From: Thermovirgaceae bacterium
Lineage (GTDB): Bacteria > Synergistota > Synergistia > Synergistales > Thermovirgaceae
Assembly: GCA_040767805.1 (NCBI GenBank)
Contig: JAXGNU010000005.1
Coordinates: 52,701-116,700, forward strand
Direction: 5' to 3'
DNA length: 64,000 nucleotides
Positions 20,117 through 29,879 of this stretch are shown one piece after another; the first letter of the stretch is position 1; the number at the start of each line of letters is the position of its first letter. The translations under genes were made by a program, and so were the position numbers. Below the pieces are notes generated by a model. That model did not search any database. It was not told the DNA's origin and worked only from the letters and a program-made list of their open reading frames with translations.

Positions 20117-21127
20117 ATGAGCCGTGCCGGCCTTCACGTGATAAGCCATACCGATCTCGACGGCGTGACGTCGGCCCTCGTGGCGTGGACCTACGCCCGC
20201 CCCAGGATGAGCCCCGTCAGGGTTTCCCTGGTCGGCTACGGCGAGGTGGACCTCCTGGTGATGGATTCCCTCTCCAGGGGCGAGCCCTTCGTGGTGCTGG
20301 ACCTCTTCTGCCAGAGGCCCCAGACGGTGGAGGAGATCGACCGCGCCTTCGTCCAGGGTGATCCTCCCCTGTTCTTCGACCACCACCAGAGCACGCTGGA
20401 ACGGTACGGGAACAGGCCCTGGGTTCACGGTGACGTGAAAAGCTGCGCGGCCCTGGTCTATTACCGCTGGCTCATGGAGAAGGCCGCCGGGGAGGACCGC
20501 CGGCGGCTGGCTCGCCTGGAGGGGATCGTGGAGACCGCCAACGACCGCGACCTCTGGCTCAACCGGATCCCCGAGAGCAGGCTGTGGCAGGCCCTGGTCA
20601 CCCTCTGCGGCCCGTGGGCCGTCCTGGCCCGCCTGATCGAGGACCCTTCACCGGGGCTGGGGCCCGACGAGAAGGCCTTCACCGAGGCCTTCGTCCGGGA
20701 GCAGGAGGCGCGATTCGGCCTCGCCCTGGAGAAGGCGATGCGGTCCGGTGAGGACCTGCTCTTCGTCGGCCCTGGTTCACTCGAGTTCGGCGACGTCTCG
20801 GACTTCTGCGGCCTCGTCCTGGATCGGATGGCGTCGCCCCCGAGGCTGGTGGCGGTCCTCAGCCGGCGCCCCGCCGGCGACTGGAGCGTCTCCCTCAGGA
20901 GCAGGGAGGGCTTTGCGGGGAGGGTGACGGGGCTGCTCCGGGACGGCAAAAAGGTCCGGGGAGGCGGCCACGAGGACTCGGCGGGGCTTTACTTCCCGCC
21001 CCATTACAGGCCCGAGGAGATCCGCGATTCGCTCCTATCGGCGGTGAGATCCGCCCTGGAGTCCGACGCCCCCTCGGGGCTTACGCTGGGCGACCTGCTG
21101 AAACAGGCCATGAAGGAAAAGGAGTGA
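20117..21127 (+). CDS. DHH-family phosphoesterase
   Basis: ISHTDLDGVTSA (DxD motif) and FFDHHQS (DHH motif). Confidence 0.75.
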   Translation: MSRAGLHVISHTDLDGVTSALVAWTYARPRMSPVRVSLVGYGEVDLLVMDSLSRGEPFVVLDLFCQRPQTVEEIDRAFVQGDPPLFFDHHQSTLERYGNRPWVHGDVKSCAALVYYRWLMEKAAGEDRRRLARLEGIVETANDRDLWLNRIPESRLWQALVTLCGPWAVLARLIEDPSPGLGPDEKAFTEAFVREQEARFGLALEKAMRSGEDLLFVGPGSLEFGDVSDFCGLVLDRMASPPRLVAVLSRRPAGDWSVSLRSREGFAGRVTGLLRDGKKVRGGGHEDSAGLYFPPHYRPEEIRDSLLSAVRSALESDAPSGLTLGDLLKQAMKEKE

Positions 21128-21139
21128 AACCCGGGGAGG

Positions 21140-22261
21140 GTGAGGTCCTTGTCATTTCGAGCGGCCCTTCTTTACGCTTCCGTCGGGACCGGCCACAGGA
21201 GCGCGGCCCTGGCCCTGGAGAAGTGGTTCGGGCGGGAGGTGCCCCACTCGCGGGTCCTCTGCCTGGACACGCTCTCCTTCGCCCTACCCATAGTGAGGGG
21301 CGTCTACACCAGGTCCTACCTGGAGATGGTGAGGCACATGCCCCACCTCTGGGGTTACTTCTACGAGACCACCGACGACCTCCAGACGAGGGACGGCGTT
21401 CTAGCTACCCTGGGGGAACTGACGGAAAAACTGAACCTCCAGGGGCTCAAAAAGGCCCTCTCCTCCTTTTCACCCGACGTCATCATCTTCACCCACTTCT
21501 TCGGCGCCGCCGCCATAGCCGAGTCCTTCGCCCCGGGCGTTCCCATCTGCTACGTCAACACCGACTTCCTGAGCCACGTCTTCCACCGTAATCCCTCTTT
21601 CTCGGCCTGGTTCGTCTCCAGCGACGAGACCCTTCGCCAGTACCTGGCCGACGGCCTGCCCCCCGACAGGGTCTTCCCGACGGGTATCCCCGTGGACCCC
21701 GTCTACGCCGAGCCCCCGGGGAAGGAAGAGGCCCGCCGGCGCCTAGGCCTGGACGCCGATGACAGGGTCGCCCTGGTGATGGGAGGGGGGATAGGGGTGG
21801 GCCCCATCGAGGAAGTGGTGGCCTCCCTCGTGAGGGGCGGTTTCACCGCGGAGGTCATCTGCGGCATAAACGAGAAGGTCCGGGAGGCCATCCTGGAAAG
21901 GTTCACCGGCCGGCCGGGCCTGCGGGTCCACGGTTTCGTGGACGACATGCCCTACCGCTACGCTTCGGCGGACATCATTTTCATGAAACCCGGGGGTCTC
22001 TCCACCTCGGAAGCCCTCTGCGTGGGTACCCCCATAGTGATCACCGACCCCATACCGGGGCAGGAGCAGCGCAACAGCGACTTCCTGCTCGACCGGGGAG
22101 CCGCCAGGACCCTCTTCGACTACCGGCTGGCCGCCGAGAAGGCCGAGGCCCTTCTCTCCGCCGGTGGTGAGAGGGATCGCCTCCGGCGGGCGGCGGCCGA
22201 AATAGCCCGACCCCACGCGGGAAGGGATATCGTCGGGAAGGTCCTGGGACTCAAAGGTTAG
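21140..22261 (+). CDS. diacylglycerol glycosyltransferase (MGDG-synthase family, GT28-like)
   Basis: N-terminal ASVGTGHRSAALAL motif. C-terminal GT-B part with KPGG.S..EAL..G.P. Confidence 0.75.
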   Translation: MRSLSFRAALLYASVGTGHRSAALALEKWFGREVPHSRVLCLDTLSFALPIVRGVYTRSYLEMVRHMPHLWGYFYETTDDLQTRDGVLATLGELTEKLNLQGLKKALSSFSPDVIIFTHFFGAAAIAESFAPGVPICYVNTDFLSHVFHRNPSFSAWFVSSDETLRQYLADGLPPDRVFPTGIPVDPVYAEPPGKEEARRRLGLDADDRVALVMGGGIGVGPIEEVVASLVRGGFTAEVICGINEKVREAILERFTGRPGLRVHGFVDDMPYRYASADIIFMKPGGLSTSEALCVGTPIVITDPIPGQEQRNSDFLLDRGAARTLFDYRLAAEKAEALLSAGGERDRLRRAAAEIARPHAGRDIVGKVLGLKG

Positions 22262-22424
22262 TAAAAGATAAGGTTTTCGTCCTCTTATTTTCCCTTCTCC
22301 TCTCCCGCCCGCAGGGATCCTCTCCCGCCACCACCGGCCGTCGGGGCGAACCCGGATCGGGCCTGAAGAGAAAGCTCCTTTTCGTGTATCATCGACCCAG
22401 GCAAGTCCTTACCAGGAGGTGTTG

Positions 22425-23405
22425 ATCATGAAGATCGATCCCGGTATTACCGACGTTCTGCTGGCAGCCCGCTTCCTCCAGGGGAGGGTCCGCCGCACTC
22501 CGACGGAGCGGTCCGAGCCCTTGAGCAGGATCACGGGGGGCGAGGTGTTCCTGAAATGGGAGAACCAGCAGCTCTGCGGCTCTTTCAAGATCCGGGGGGC
22601 GCTGAACAGGATGTACAGCCTCACCGCCGAGGAGAGGGCCCGGGGGGTTGTGACGGCCTCCAGCGGGAACCACGCCCAGGGCGTCGCCCTGGCCGCCAGG
22701 GCCCTATCGACCAGGGCGGTGATATGCGTGCCCGGCGTCTGCCCCGAGACGAAGAGGGAAGCCATCAGGAGGCTGGGCGGCGACAGGGTCGAACTCAGGG
22801 TCACGGGTCATTTCTACGACGACGCCGAAGAGACGGCCCACCGCCTACAGGAAGAGGAAGGCATGACTTATATATCATCCTACGCCGACCCCTTCATCAT
22901 CAGCGGTGCCGGGACCCTGGGGCTGGAGATGGTCATGGACGAGCCGGAACTGGACATGGTCATCGTGCCGGCCGGCGGCGGCGGGCTGATAAACGGCGTA
23001 GCCATAGCGGTGAAGGCTCTAAGCCCCGAAACCCAGGTATGGGGCGTCCAATCGGTGGCGTCCAACCCCTTCGTGGTCTCCTGGCCGGGCGGCAAGGTGC
23101 TCGAGGTGGAATACCAGGACTCCCTGGCCGACGGCCTCACGGGACTGATACCCCAGAGCCTCCTGGACCTGGCGAAAAAAAGGGTGGCGGGCTTCGTGGA
23201 TGTCGAGGAGGTGGACATCGCGAAGGCCATAGCCTTCCTTCATTCCAGCCATCACCAGGTGGTCGAGGGTTCCGGGGCCGTGGGCGTGGCGGCCATGGCC
23301 AGTGGCAGGATCGCCGTGAAGGGTTTGCGGGTGGGCGTGGTCATCTCAGGCGGGAATATCGACCACCACCGCCTCATGGAGATCCTGCAAGAATATTCCC
23401 ATTGA
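22425..23405 (+). CDS. PLP-dependent threonine/serine dehydratase family protein
   Basis: LKWENQQLCGSFKIRGA (PLP lysine), SSGNHAQG, GGGGL. ATG 22425 lies 8 nt after AGGAGG (the track ORF starts at TTG 22419). Confidence 0.85.
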   Translation: MMKIDPGITDVLLAARFLQGRVRRTPTERSEPLSRITGGEVFLKWENQQLCGSFKIRGALNRMYSLTAEERARGVVTASSGNHAQGVALAARALSTRAVICVPGVCPETKREAIRRLGGDRVELRVTGHFYDDAEETAHRLQEEEGMTYISSYADPFIISGAGTLGLEMVMDEPELDMVIVPAGGGGLINGVAIAVKALSPETQVWGVQSVASNPFVVSWPGGKVLEVEYQDSLADGLTGLIPQSLLDLAKKRVAGFVDVEEVDIAKAIAFLHSSHHQVVEGSGAVGVAAMASGRIAVKGLRVGVVISGGNIDHHRLMEILQEYSH

Positions 23406-23414
23406 AGGGACCGT

Positions 23415-23430
23415 TGTTTCACGTGAAACA
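23415..23430. promoter_or_regulatory. parS centromere site (perfect 16-bp palindrome)
   Basis: TGTTTCACGTGAAACA equals the canonical chromosomal parS consensus TGTTNCACGTGAAACA. An identical copy lies at 31177-31192. Confidence 0.85.
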
Positions 23431-23458
23431 TGGGCGGCCCGGGCCGCCCATGTTTTTT
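23430..23458. terminator. bidirectional intrinsic terminator between convergent genes
   Basis: Perfect hairpin atgggcggcc-cg-ggccgcccat followed by gtttttt. Confidence 0.75.
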
Positions 23459-26400
23459 AATCGCCGGCGCTCTCCCCCGTCGGGATGCTGATGGTCACCT
23501 TGTGTCCCCTGTCGTCCTGCAAAGTCTGGCCCGTGCCGTTGGGGTCCTGTGGGGGTCTGGAGGCATCCCGGGGCGGAGCCACCCTGAAGTTGGTGAAGAG
23601 GGGGTTGGACCAAGTACCTTCCACCCGGAAGCTGGTGTCCCGAAAGTCCTGCTTCCCCATGCCCCCAACGACCCCCCCGATGAGGCCTTCCAGGATCGCC
23701 CCGGGGGAGGCCGTCCCCGCCACGGCCAGCCCCTGGATGGCGCCGAGCAGGGTATTCAGGGCCTGCACGTTGACGAGCCCCGAACAGTAGAGGTTGAGGT
23801 TGCCGCCGGGGCCGGCCGCCCCGTCGACGGTGAGGTAGCGGTAAAGGGCGTCGTCGCCCCGGGCGGTGGCCCGGCTTCCGGGGAGGAGAGTCACCACGTT
23901 GCCGTCCACCTTGAAGTTGGCGTCGATCCTCCCGTAGCGAAGGGAGGACACGCCGTAGGTCGAGGAAATGGCCTTGAGGGCCTTGAAACCCGACACCTCC
24001 CCCTCGGTGGCGGTGAAGTTTCCGCCGCCCGTCACGAGGAGGTGCTTCCCGAGGGCTCCCGAAAGGGCAAGGTCAAGGTCGCCCCTCCCGGTGATCCTTC
24101 CGTCGATGTCCGTGAGGGCTTTGACGGCCCTGTCTATGTCGGCGCCCCGGAGGGAGGCCCTGATGTTCCAGCGGCCCGTGCCCGTTTCGAGACCGCCGCC
24201 GCCCTCGAGGCGCCCCTCGAAGAGCCGCGCCGAAACGTTCTCGGCCCTTACGCCCCCTTCCCCGAGCACCAGGGGAAGGGTGACCCCATCGAAGTCTAGG
24301 CCGAAGGCCCTCATCCTTTCGGAACGGAGTTCTCCCCTGCCGGCCCAGGCTCCATCCTTCAGGGAACCCGAGAGGGTCACGTCCGCCGTGCCCGACAAGG
24401 CCGGCGAACCGTTACGCTTGAGTTCTTTCGTTACCTGGGCGAGATCGAGGTCGGAACCTTCCAGGCTGAAATCCAGTTCTACGCCGCCCGGCAGGAGGTC
24501 CACCGTCCCCGTCGCCGTAAGGGCGCCCCGGCCGGCGTAACCCTTCAGCTCCTCCAGGGCCATGTGGGTACCGTCGCCCCGGGCGGTGAAGACGAGGTCC
24601 GTCAGGTGGAGTCCGCCGAGGAAGATGGAGGGTGAGCGCCCCGTGAGGGTGATCGTGGGGCCGGGCAGGGCGCCCTTGATGGAGAAGTCCGTCTCCAGGG
24701 GCCCGTGAATGTCGAAGGGAGCCTTGTCGCCCAGGATGGATAAATCCACCCCGGTGGCGGTGCCCCTGAGGTCAACGCTGCCGGCCCCGCTGCGCCCGGG
24801 CAGTTTCGCCGACCCGGTGAGGGAGAAGGAGGCGCCGAGGGTCTCGCCCTGGGCGTTCTCGATGTTCATGACCCCTGAAGTGACGGTGAAAGCCGTCCTC
24901 AATCCTGTGAGTGTCCCCGAGGGGAGTTCAAGGCTTTCGGCGGCCAGGTCGAGCCTCATGTCGGGGGTGTCCCCCGACGATGGAAGGTAGACCTTGGTGA
25001 GGATCTTCATCCCCGAAAGGCACGCCCTTTCGGGGACGGTCACCCTGGGGGAGCGTATTTCCAGGGCGAGGACGGGCCTCTCGAGGGGGCCCTTGAGAGA
25101 CCAGGCCGTCGTAGCGGTGCCCTCAAGGCCCAACTCCTTCAGCGCCGGGACAAAGGCGGCAAGGCTGGAAACGGGCCCTTCCGTGGCGTTCCCCCTGAGA
25201 TCGAAAGCCCCGGCGCCGCCCTTCAGGCCCGTGACCTGCCCCGATCCGGCGACGGCCGAACCCCTCCACCGGGCTGCCAGGGAGCTGAAGGTCAAAGTCC
25301 CGTCGGAGTAGGCGAAGGCGACCTTCGGTTTTTCGAGGATCTCCCCCGATGCTTCGACTCGCTCGGAACGGATGGTCCCCTCGGCTTTAAGGGCGTCGGG
25401 AGCGCCGAAGAGGCGGACCTTGGCGGCGGCCCTGCCCGAAAGGGTCAGTTTCAGGTAGGGCAGGGCTTCCGCGGTGCGTTTTAGGTCTAGACCGCTTCCA
25501 GAGAGGGTGAGGTCCAGGGCCGGCCCGGCGCCGAAGGCGACGGTTCCCTCCCCCTTCACGACGGAGCCTAGCCATTCCGCCCCCAGGTCCAGCTCCAGGG
25601 TCGAACTATCCTTGAGTTCCAAGGCGCCTTCGATCCCTGAGAGGGGCTGTCCCGCCAGTTTTAGTTCCGAGGTCTTGAGGGTGATCATCCCCGACAGGGA
25701 GTTCGAGGGACCGACGAGGTTAACGTCGAGGGAGTCGATGACACCCTCGGCCAGGGGGTGGAGCCAGGGGAAGGTTTTCGCCCACGACTTAACCTCGGCT
25801 CCGCGGGCCGTGATGTCGATGGCCGTGACGGGCGGCAGGGCGCTGAAGGAAAATCGCAGCGTCCCCGATAGGGCTGTTCCGTTGGCCGCGCCCCTGACTT
25901 CCCTCATTTCCAGGGTGTCGCCGCTGTAGGACCAGGAGGAGGAAAGGTCCTCCACGTCGATGCCGTAGACCTCGCCTCGGGTGGCGACCAGGCGGCCTTC
26001 CATGGCGACCCCTGGCCAAGGGCCCCTGGCCGTGAAAGATGTAGAGAACTTCCCGGAATAACCCTGCCCTGCCAGTTCGGGCCAGAATCCCTCCAGCACC
26101 CCTACGTCCAGATCGGAGACCTCACCCGCCAGGTCCATCACGGGGAGGACCCGCCCTGAAGCGGTCAGACCGCCCTGGGCGGTCTTGACGAAGAGACGGC
26201 GAAGGAAGAGCTCCTCCCCGGCCGGTTCGAGTTCCGCCCTTATCGAAAAAGGTGTCTCCCTGTAAAGGAGGGACCCCGACGCGTCGATCGTCCCATCACC
26301 GAGGGAAACCTTACCTTCCTCTATCTTGAGGTCGCCCTTGGGTGTCCGCAGGATGCATTTTTGGACCAGCAGCGTGTCGAAGGGAAGCGCCATCGGCCCC

Positions 26401-26870
26401 GGCGCCCCATCCTTGGGAGGCCGGAGGTGAAGGTCGCCCGGGTCAAACAGGGCTCCGCCGAGGGAGATGGACCTGATCCTCGGCGATCCCTTGAGCAGCG
26501 AGAGGGGTTCAAAGGCTACGGCCACCTCGGGTGCGGAAAAGAACACCCGGCCGCCGCGCCTGAGGGCGACGTTTTTCATCTTGAAGCCCTTGATGGGGTT
26601 ACCCGACAGCGACGAAAGGGATAGTTCGGCATCCAGTTGCCGCCTGGCGGCCTTCCCAAGTTCGGAGACGGCGAAACCGGCCCCTATGTCGCCCCTCGAG
26701 ATCAGGACGAGGACCCCTGCGGCGGCCAGGGAGAGCAGGATGAACAGGACCAGCAGAGCCTTCCAGCATTTTGCCAAAGGGTGAACCTCCCGGAGATCGA
26801 TCACAGGAGACCTCATAATAAAGGCGGGCCGGGAAAGAATCAATCGGGGTAAATACCTAGAGACCCGCAA
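23457..26870 (-). CDS. AsmA/TamB-family outer-membrane biogenesis protein
   Basis: 1137 aa. Single N-terminal TM anchor (WKALLVLFILLSLAAAGVLVLI), then a long G/S/T/L-rich beta-type repeat body and an AsmA-like C-terminus. The start codon is uncertain. Confidence 0.6.
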   Translation of the reverse strand: MRVSRYLPRLILSRPAFIMRSPVIDLREVHPLAKCWKALLVLFILLSLAAAGVLVLISRGDIGAGFAVSELGKAARRQLDAELSLSSLSGNPIKGFKMKNVALRRGGRVFFSAPEVAVAFEPLSLLKGSPRIRSISLGGALFDPGDLHLRPPKDGAPGPMALPFDTLLVQKCILRTPKGDLKIEEGKVSLGDGTIDASGSLLYRETPFSIRAELEPAGEELFLRRLFVKTAQGGLTASGRVLPVMDLAGEVSDLDVGVLEGFWPELAGQGYSGKFSTSFTARGPWPGVAMEGRLVATRGEVYGIDVEDLSSSWSYSGDTLEMREVRGAANGTALSGTLRFSFSALPPVTAIDITARGAEVKSWAKTFPWLHPLAEGVIDSLDVNLVGPSNSLSGMITLKTSELKLAGQPLSGIEGALELKDSSTLELDLGAEWLGSVVKGEGTVAFGAGPALDLTLSGSGLDLKRTAEALPYLKLTLSGRAAAKVRLFGAPDALKAEGTIRSERVEASGEILEKPKVAFAYSDGTLTFSSLAARWRGSAVAGSGQVTGLKGGAGAFDLRGNATEGPVSSLAAFVPALKELGLEGTATTAWSLKGPLERPVLALEIRSPRVTVPERACLSGMKILTKVYLPSSGDTPDMRLDLAAESLELPSGTLTGLRTAFTVTSGVMNIENAQGETLGASFSLTGSAKLPGRSGAGSVDLRGTATGVDLSILGDKAPFDIHGPLETDFSIKGALPGPTITLTGRSPSIFLGGLHLTDLVFTARGDGTHMALEELKGYAGRGALTATGTVDLLPGGVELDFSLEGSDLDLAQVTKELKRNGSPALSGTADVTLSGSLKDGAWAGRGELRSERMRAFGLDFDGVTLPLVLGEGGVRAENVSARLFEGRLEGGGGLETGTGRWNIRASLRGADIDRAVKALTDIDGRITGRGDLDLALSGALGKHLLVTGGGNFTATEGEVSGFKALKAISSTYGVSSLRYGRIDANFKVDGNVVTLLPGSRATARGDDALYRYLTVDGAAGPGGNLNLYCSGLVNVQALNTLLGAIQGLAVAGTASPGAILEGLIGGVVGGMGKQDFRDTSFRVEGTWSNPLFTNFRVAPPRDASRPPQDPNGTGQTLQDDRGHKVTISIPTGESAGD

Positions 26871-26966
26871 GGGCGGAAAGATTTTCTAAATACCCGTTAA
26901 GAACGGATGCCGGAAACCCGGGGGAGTCAAGGTTGCATGCACAAGGCGGCCTCGGGGGGTATTCTC

Positions 26967-27038
26967 TGTGGAGTACTGTCGATTAATGTCAAAATGACCG
27001 GAAAGGGGATGTGGAGATGTGGAAAAACTTGTGGATAA
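26967..27038. promoter_or_regulatory. DnaA-box cluster outside oriC
   Basis: Four same-orientation boxes: TGTGGAGTA 26967-26975, TGTGGAGAT 27010-27018, TGTGGAAAA 27018-27026, perfect TGTGGATAA 27030-27038. Confidence 0.6.
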
Positions 27039-27045
27039 GACCGGG

Positions 27046-27822
27046 TCATCGGGATGACAATACCTGGGACGGATCGGTCAGCAGGATCTCGGGTCCTCCG
27101 AAGCCGGGCGTGACCTTTCCCACGACGGTGAGGGTTTTCCCGACTGACTCCTCGAAGGGGCCGAATTGACCGGCATCGCTCTTGTGGACGATGAGGGAGG
27201 CGTTGCCCTTATCGGAGCGTAGGGTGATGCGGGTCTCCGATGAGACCACCTCCTGGACCTTGAAACGGACAGTGATGAAGTGCCCGGCCACCGTGGGCAG
27301 TTCAGCCCAGACCTGGGCCGGCGTGAACACTCTCCCCCGGGCCCTGGACCAGAGGCCCTTCCCCGAAGCCCGTGCACGGCCGAAGGCCTCCCTGAAAAGT
27401 TCCGTGTGCCGCAGATTCGGGGGAAAGCTGTAGGGGAGGGCGAAGCCCTCGGCCACCATCAGTTCGTTGATCATGGCGCCCTTTCCCTCGTCGGCGAGCC
27501 ACAGGTAGGCCAGGGTCCTCCCGTAGCGGTCCCTCCTCTGCAGGTCAAACTCAAGGAGGACCCTCTTCCCCAGCACCAGCGACTCGTTGAACCGGGAGGC
27601 CTCCCGCCCCAGTTCTTCCACCCTCCTGCGAGGGTGGTGGGTCTCAGGGGAGTCGATGCCGATATAACGCACCTGCTCGACGGTCCCATCGTCGGTGGCG
27701 ACGGTCACCGTATCACCGTCGGCGACCCTCACGACCCGGCCCGGGAGGGCCGCCCCGGGCCAGGCCTGAAGGGGCGTGAGAAGGAGCAGGAGGCAGGCGG
27801 CCAGGGCCGCGAAGCCCTTCAT
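27046..27822 (-). CDS. secreted thermonuclease (SNase) family protein
   Basis: Signal peptide. VADGDTVTV....VRYIGIDSPE....GREA....RDRYGR.LAY is the staphylococcal-nuclease fold pattern. Confidence 0.8.
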   Translation of the reverse strand: MKGFAALAACLLLLLTPLQAWPGAALPGRVVRVADGDTVTVATDDGTVEQVRYIGIDSPETHHPRRRVEELGREASRFNESLVLGKRVLLEFDLQRRDRYGRTLAYLWLADEGKGAMINELMVAEGFALPYSFPPNLRHTELFREAFGRARASGKGLWSRARGRVFTPAQVWAELPTVAGHFITVRFKVQEVVSSETRITLRSDKGNASLIVHKSDAGQFGPFEESVGKTLTVVGKVTPGFGGPEILLTDPSQVLSSR

Positions 27823-28244
27823 TTTTTCCCGGGGAAGAATCTCATGGGCTCTCCCTCTACGACGAGCTTCCTTTCGAAGGCAAGTCCCTTGGGCACCAGG
27901 AACACCATCTCGCAGGTGAAGTTGACCGTCGCGCTGAAGAGATGGCCTCCGACGACGGAATGATCCTTGCCCGCCAGTGAGGCATGGGCGTGGATAAAGG
28001 GCTTTCCGTCCTGCTGGCGGTTCACCGTCCCCGAAAGGGAGAGGATCTCGCAGGGTTCGTGGAATCGTTTCTTCTCGTAACCTTCGGGGCCCAGCCAGCC
28101 TATTTCAAAGTCGCGGAGCATGCCGACGGCGGAGATGATCACCGCCGATGTTGTATCACCCAGGGTCTCGAGGAGGCGGGGCATGAGGTCCTCGCCGTCG
28201 TCGAAACGCAGGGCCACCATGTTCTCGTCCCGTTCAACGATCAA
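27819..28244 (-). CDS. PPC (DUF296) domain protein
   Basis: Pattern GMLRDFEIGW....EILSLSG......PFIHAHASL....VVGGHL...V.FT.E. 4-nt overlap with the nuclease gene. Confidence 0.7.
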   Translation of the reverse strand: MIVERDENMVALRFDDGEDLMPRLLETLGDTTSAVIISAVGMLRDFEIGWLGPEGYEKKRFHEPCEILSLSGTVNRQQDGKPFIHAHASLAGKDHSVVGGHLFSATVNFTCEMVFLVPKGLAFERKLVVEGEPMRFFPGKK

Positions 28245-28350
28245 ACTTTACCCTCCCTTCCGTGATCTATCCAGGGTCCCTTGCCCCTTTAACACCAGTC
28301 TATCACCGAAAAGCACCATCCACACGCCGGGTTTTTCGGGTAAGATAGCA

Positions 28351-29103
28351 ATGCGGGAGGGAACTTGGAAGGGGTCGGCCTCCCCGGAAGGATGGATAAG
28401 CTTGCCTGAAACCTTTCCCGAATACAGGCTGCAGCCGGAGGATTATCTCGTCGAACTCCAGAAGAACAGGGAAAGGATAGAGTATTACGCCTTCCTCCTG
28501 GCTTCATTCAACGAGAGGGCGAGGCTCACCGGTCCCACGGAGCCACCGGAGATAATGGAACATATCAGGGATTGCGCCGTATCCCTCGTCTTCGCCCCCG
28601 ACATCGGCGCCGTCGTGGATATCGGGACCGGGGGGGGCCTTCCGGGGATTGTCTGGGCCCTGTGCAGGCCGAAACTGAAGATCACACTGGTCGAGAGCGT
28701 CGAGAAAAAGTGCGGTATCCTCGAGGAGATGGCCCGGATGCTCCGGCTGCCCAACGTGGAGGTGGCCTGCGCCCGGTCGGAGGCTCTCTCCCTGGAGCGG
28801 CGGGAGAACTATCGCATCGCCCTTTCAAGGGGTGTGGGCCACCTCGGGGTCGTCGCCGAATACGCCTCCCCCCTCCTCGGTGTGGGCGGTTTCGCCTACT
28901 TTTTCAAGGGGCCCAAGGCCGCCGAGGAGTTGCGGGATGTGGGGGACCGGTGGGTGACCCTGGGTTTTGACGACCCCGTGATCTATCCTTACGATCTGGA
29001 TGGGAAGAGCCTTTGCCTGGTGGGGCTCGAAAAGACCGCCCCCTGCCCGGTCAAGTACCCGAGGCGCCCCGGCAAGGCCGGCAAAAGTCCCTGGTGGAGG
29101 TGA
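28351..29103 (+). CDS. rsmG: 16S rRNA (guanine527-N7)-methyltransferase RsmG (GidB)
   Basis: SAM motif VVDIGTGGGLPGI, then LVES..KK..L. Start at ATG 28351, or TTG 28402 after GGAAGGA. The longer track ORF from 28120 overlaps the divergent PPC gene and is rejected. Confidence 0.85.
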   Translation: MREGTWKGSASPEGWISLPETFPEYRLQPEDYLVELQKNRERIEYYAFLLASFNERARLTGPTEPPEIMEHIRDCAVSLVFAPDIGAVVDIGTGGGLPGIVWALCRPKLKITLVESVEKKCGILEEMARMLRLPNVEVACARSEALSLERRENYRIALSRGVGHLGVVAEYASPLLGVGGFAYFFKGPKAAEELRDVGDRWVTLGFDDPVIYPYDLDGKSLCLVGLEKTAPCPVKYPRRPGKAGKSPWWR

Positions 29104-29108
29104 GGCTT

Positions 29109-29879
29109 TTGAAGACCGTCGCCGTCGCGAACCAGAAGGGGGGTGTGGGCAAGACCACCTGCTGTGTGAACCTGGCCGCCGAACTCGGCAGGCAGGGCAA
29201 GAAGGTGCTCGTGCTCGATATCGACCCCCAGGGCAACAGTACCAGCGGCCTTGGTGTGGATGTCTCCAACGTCAATAACAGCATGTATCACGTGATCCTC
29301 GACGAGGTGTCCCCCACCAGCGCGATCATCCCGTCGGCCTGGGAGGGGGTCTGGGTACTTCCGGCCACCCTCGACCTGGCCGGCTCCGAGGTGGAACTGG
29401 CCGGGGTGATGAGTCGCGAGACGAGGCTGGCGAGACATATGGACGCTATGAAGGACTTCGACATCGGCTTCATCGACTGCCCCCCTTCGCTGGGACTCCT
29501 CACCGTCAACGCCCTCGTCGCCGCCGACAGCCTCATGGTCCCGATCCAGTGCGAATATTACGCCCTGGAGGGCGTGGGTCAGCTCATGAGGACCATTTCG
29601 CTGGTTCAGCGTTACCTCAACGAGAATCTCAACCTCGACGGCGTAGTCCTCACCATGTACGACGTCAGGACCAACCTCTCCAAGGAGGTGGCCGACGAGG
29701 TCAGGAACCAGTTCCGCGAGGCCGTCTTCGATACCCTCATACCGAGGAACGTCAGGCTTTCCGAGGCCCCCAGCCACGGCAAGCCCATCTGCTACTACGA
29801 CCCGGATAGCGCCGGCGCGGGCGCCTTCCGGAACCTTGCCCGGGAGGTGCAGCAGCGATGGCTCGCCCAAGAGCGCTAG
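29109..29879 (+). CDS. parA: chromosome partitioning ATPase ParA/Soj
   Basis: Deviant Walker A VANQKGGVGKTT. TTG 29109 lies 9 nt after GGAGG (GTG 29100 is an alternative). The track ORF from 29013 is out of context. Confidence 0.92.
   Translation: MKTVAVANQKGGVGKTTCCVNLAAELGRQGKKVLVLDIDPQGNSTSGLGVDVSNVNNSMYHVILDEVSPTSAIIPSAWEGVWVLPATLDLAGSEVELAGVMSRETRLARHMDAMKDFDIGFIDCPPSLGLLTVNALVAADSLMVPIQCEYYALEGVGQLMRTISLVQRYLNENLNLDGVVLTMYDVRTNLSKEVADEVRNQFREAVFDTLIPRNVRLSEAPSHGKPICYYDPDSAGAGAFRNLAREVQQRWLAQER

Noticed and set aside
28120-28350. N-terminal extension of rsmG (327-aa track ORF), and the parA ORF starting at 29013.
   Set aside because: The extensions overlap the divergent PPC gene or the rsmG 3' end, lack homology and have an R/S/P-rich composition. 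Family N-termini and SD sequences support the shorter starts.
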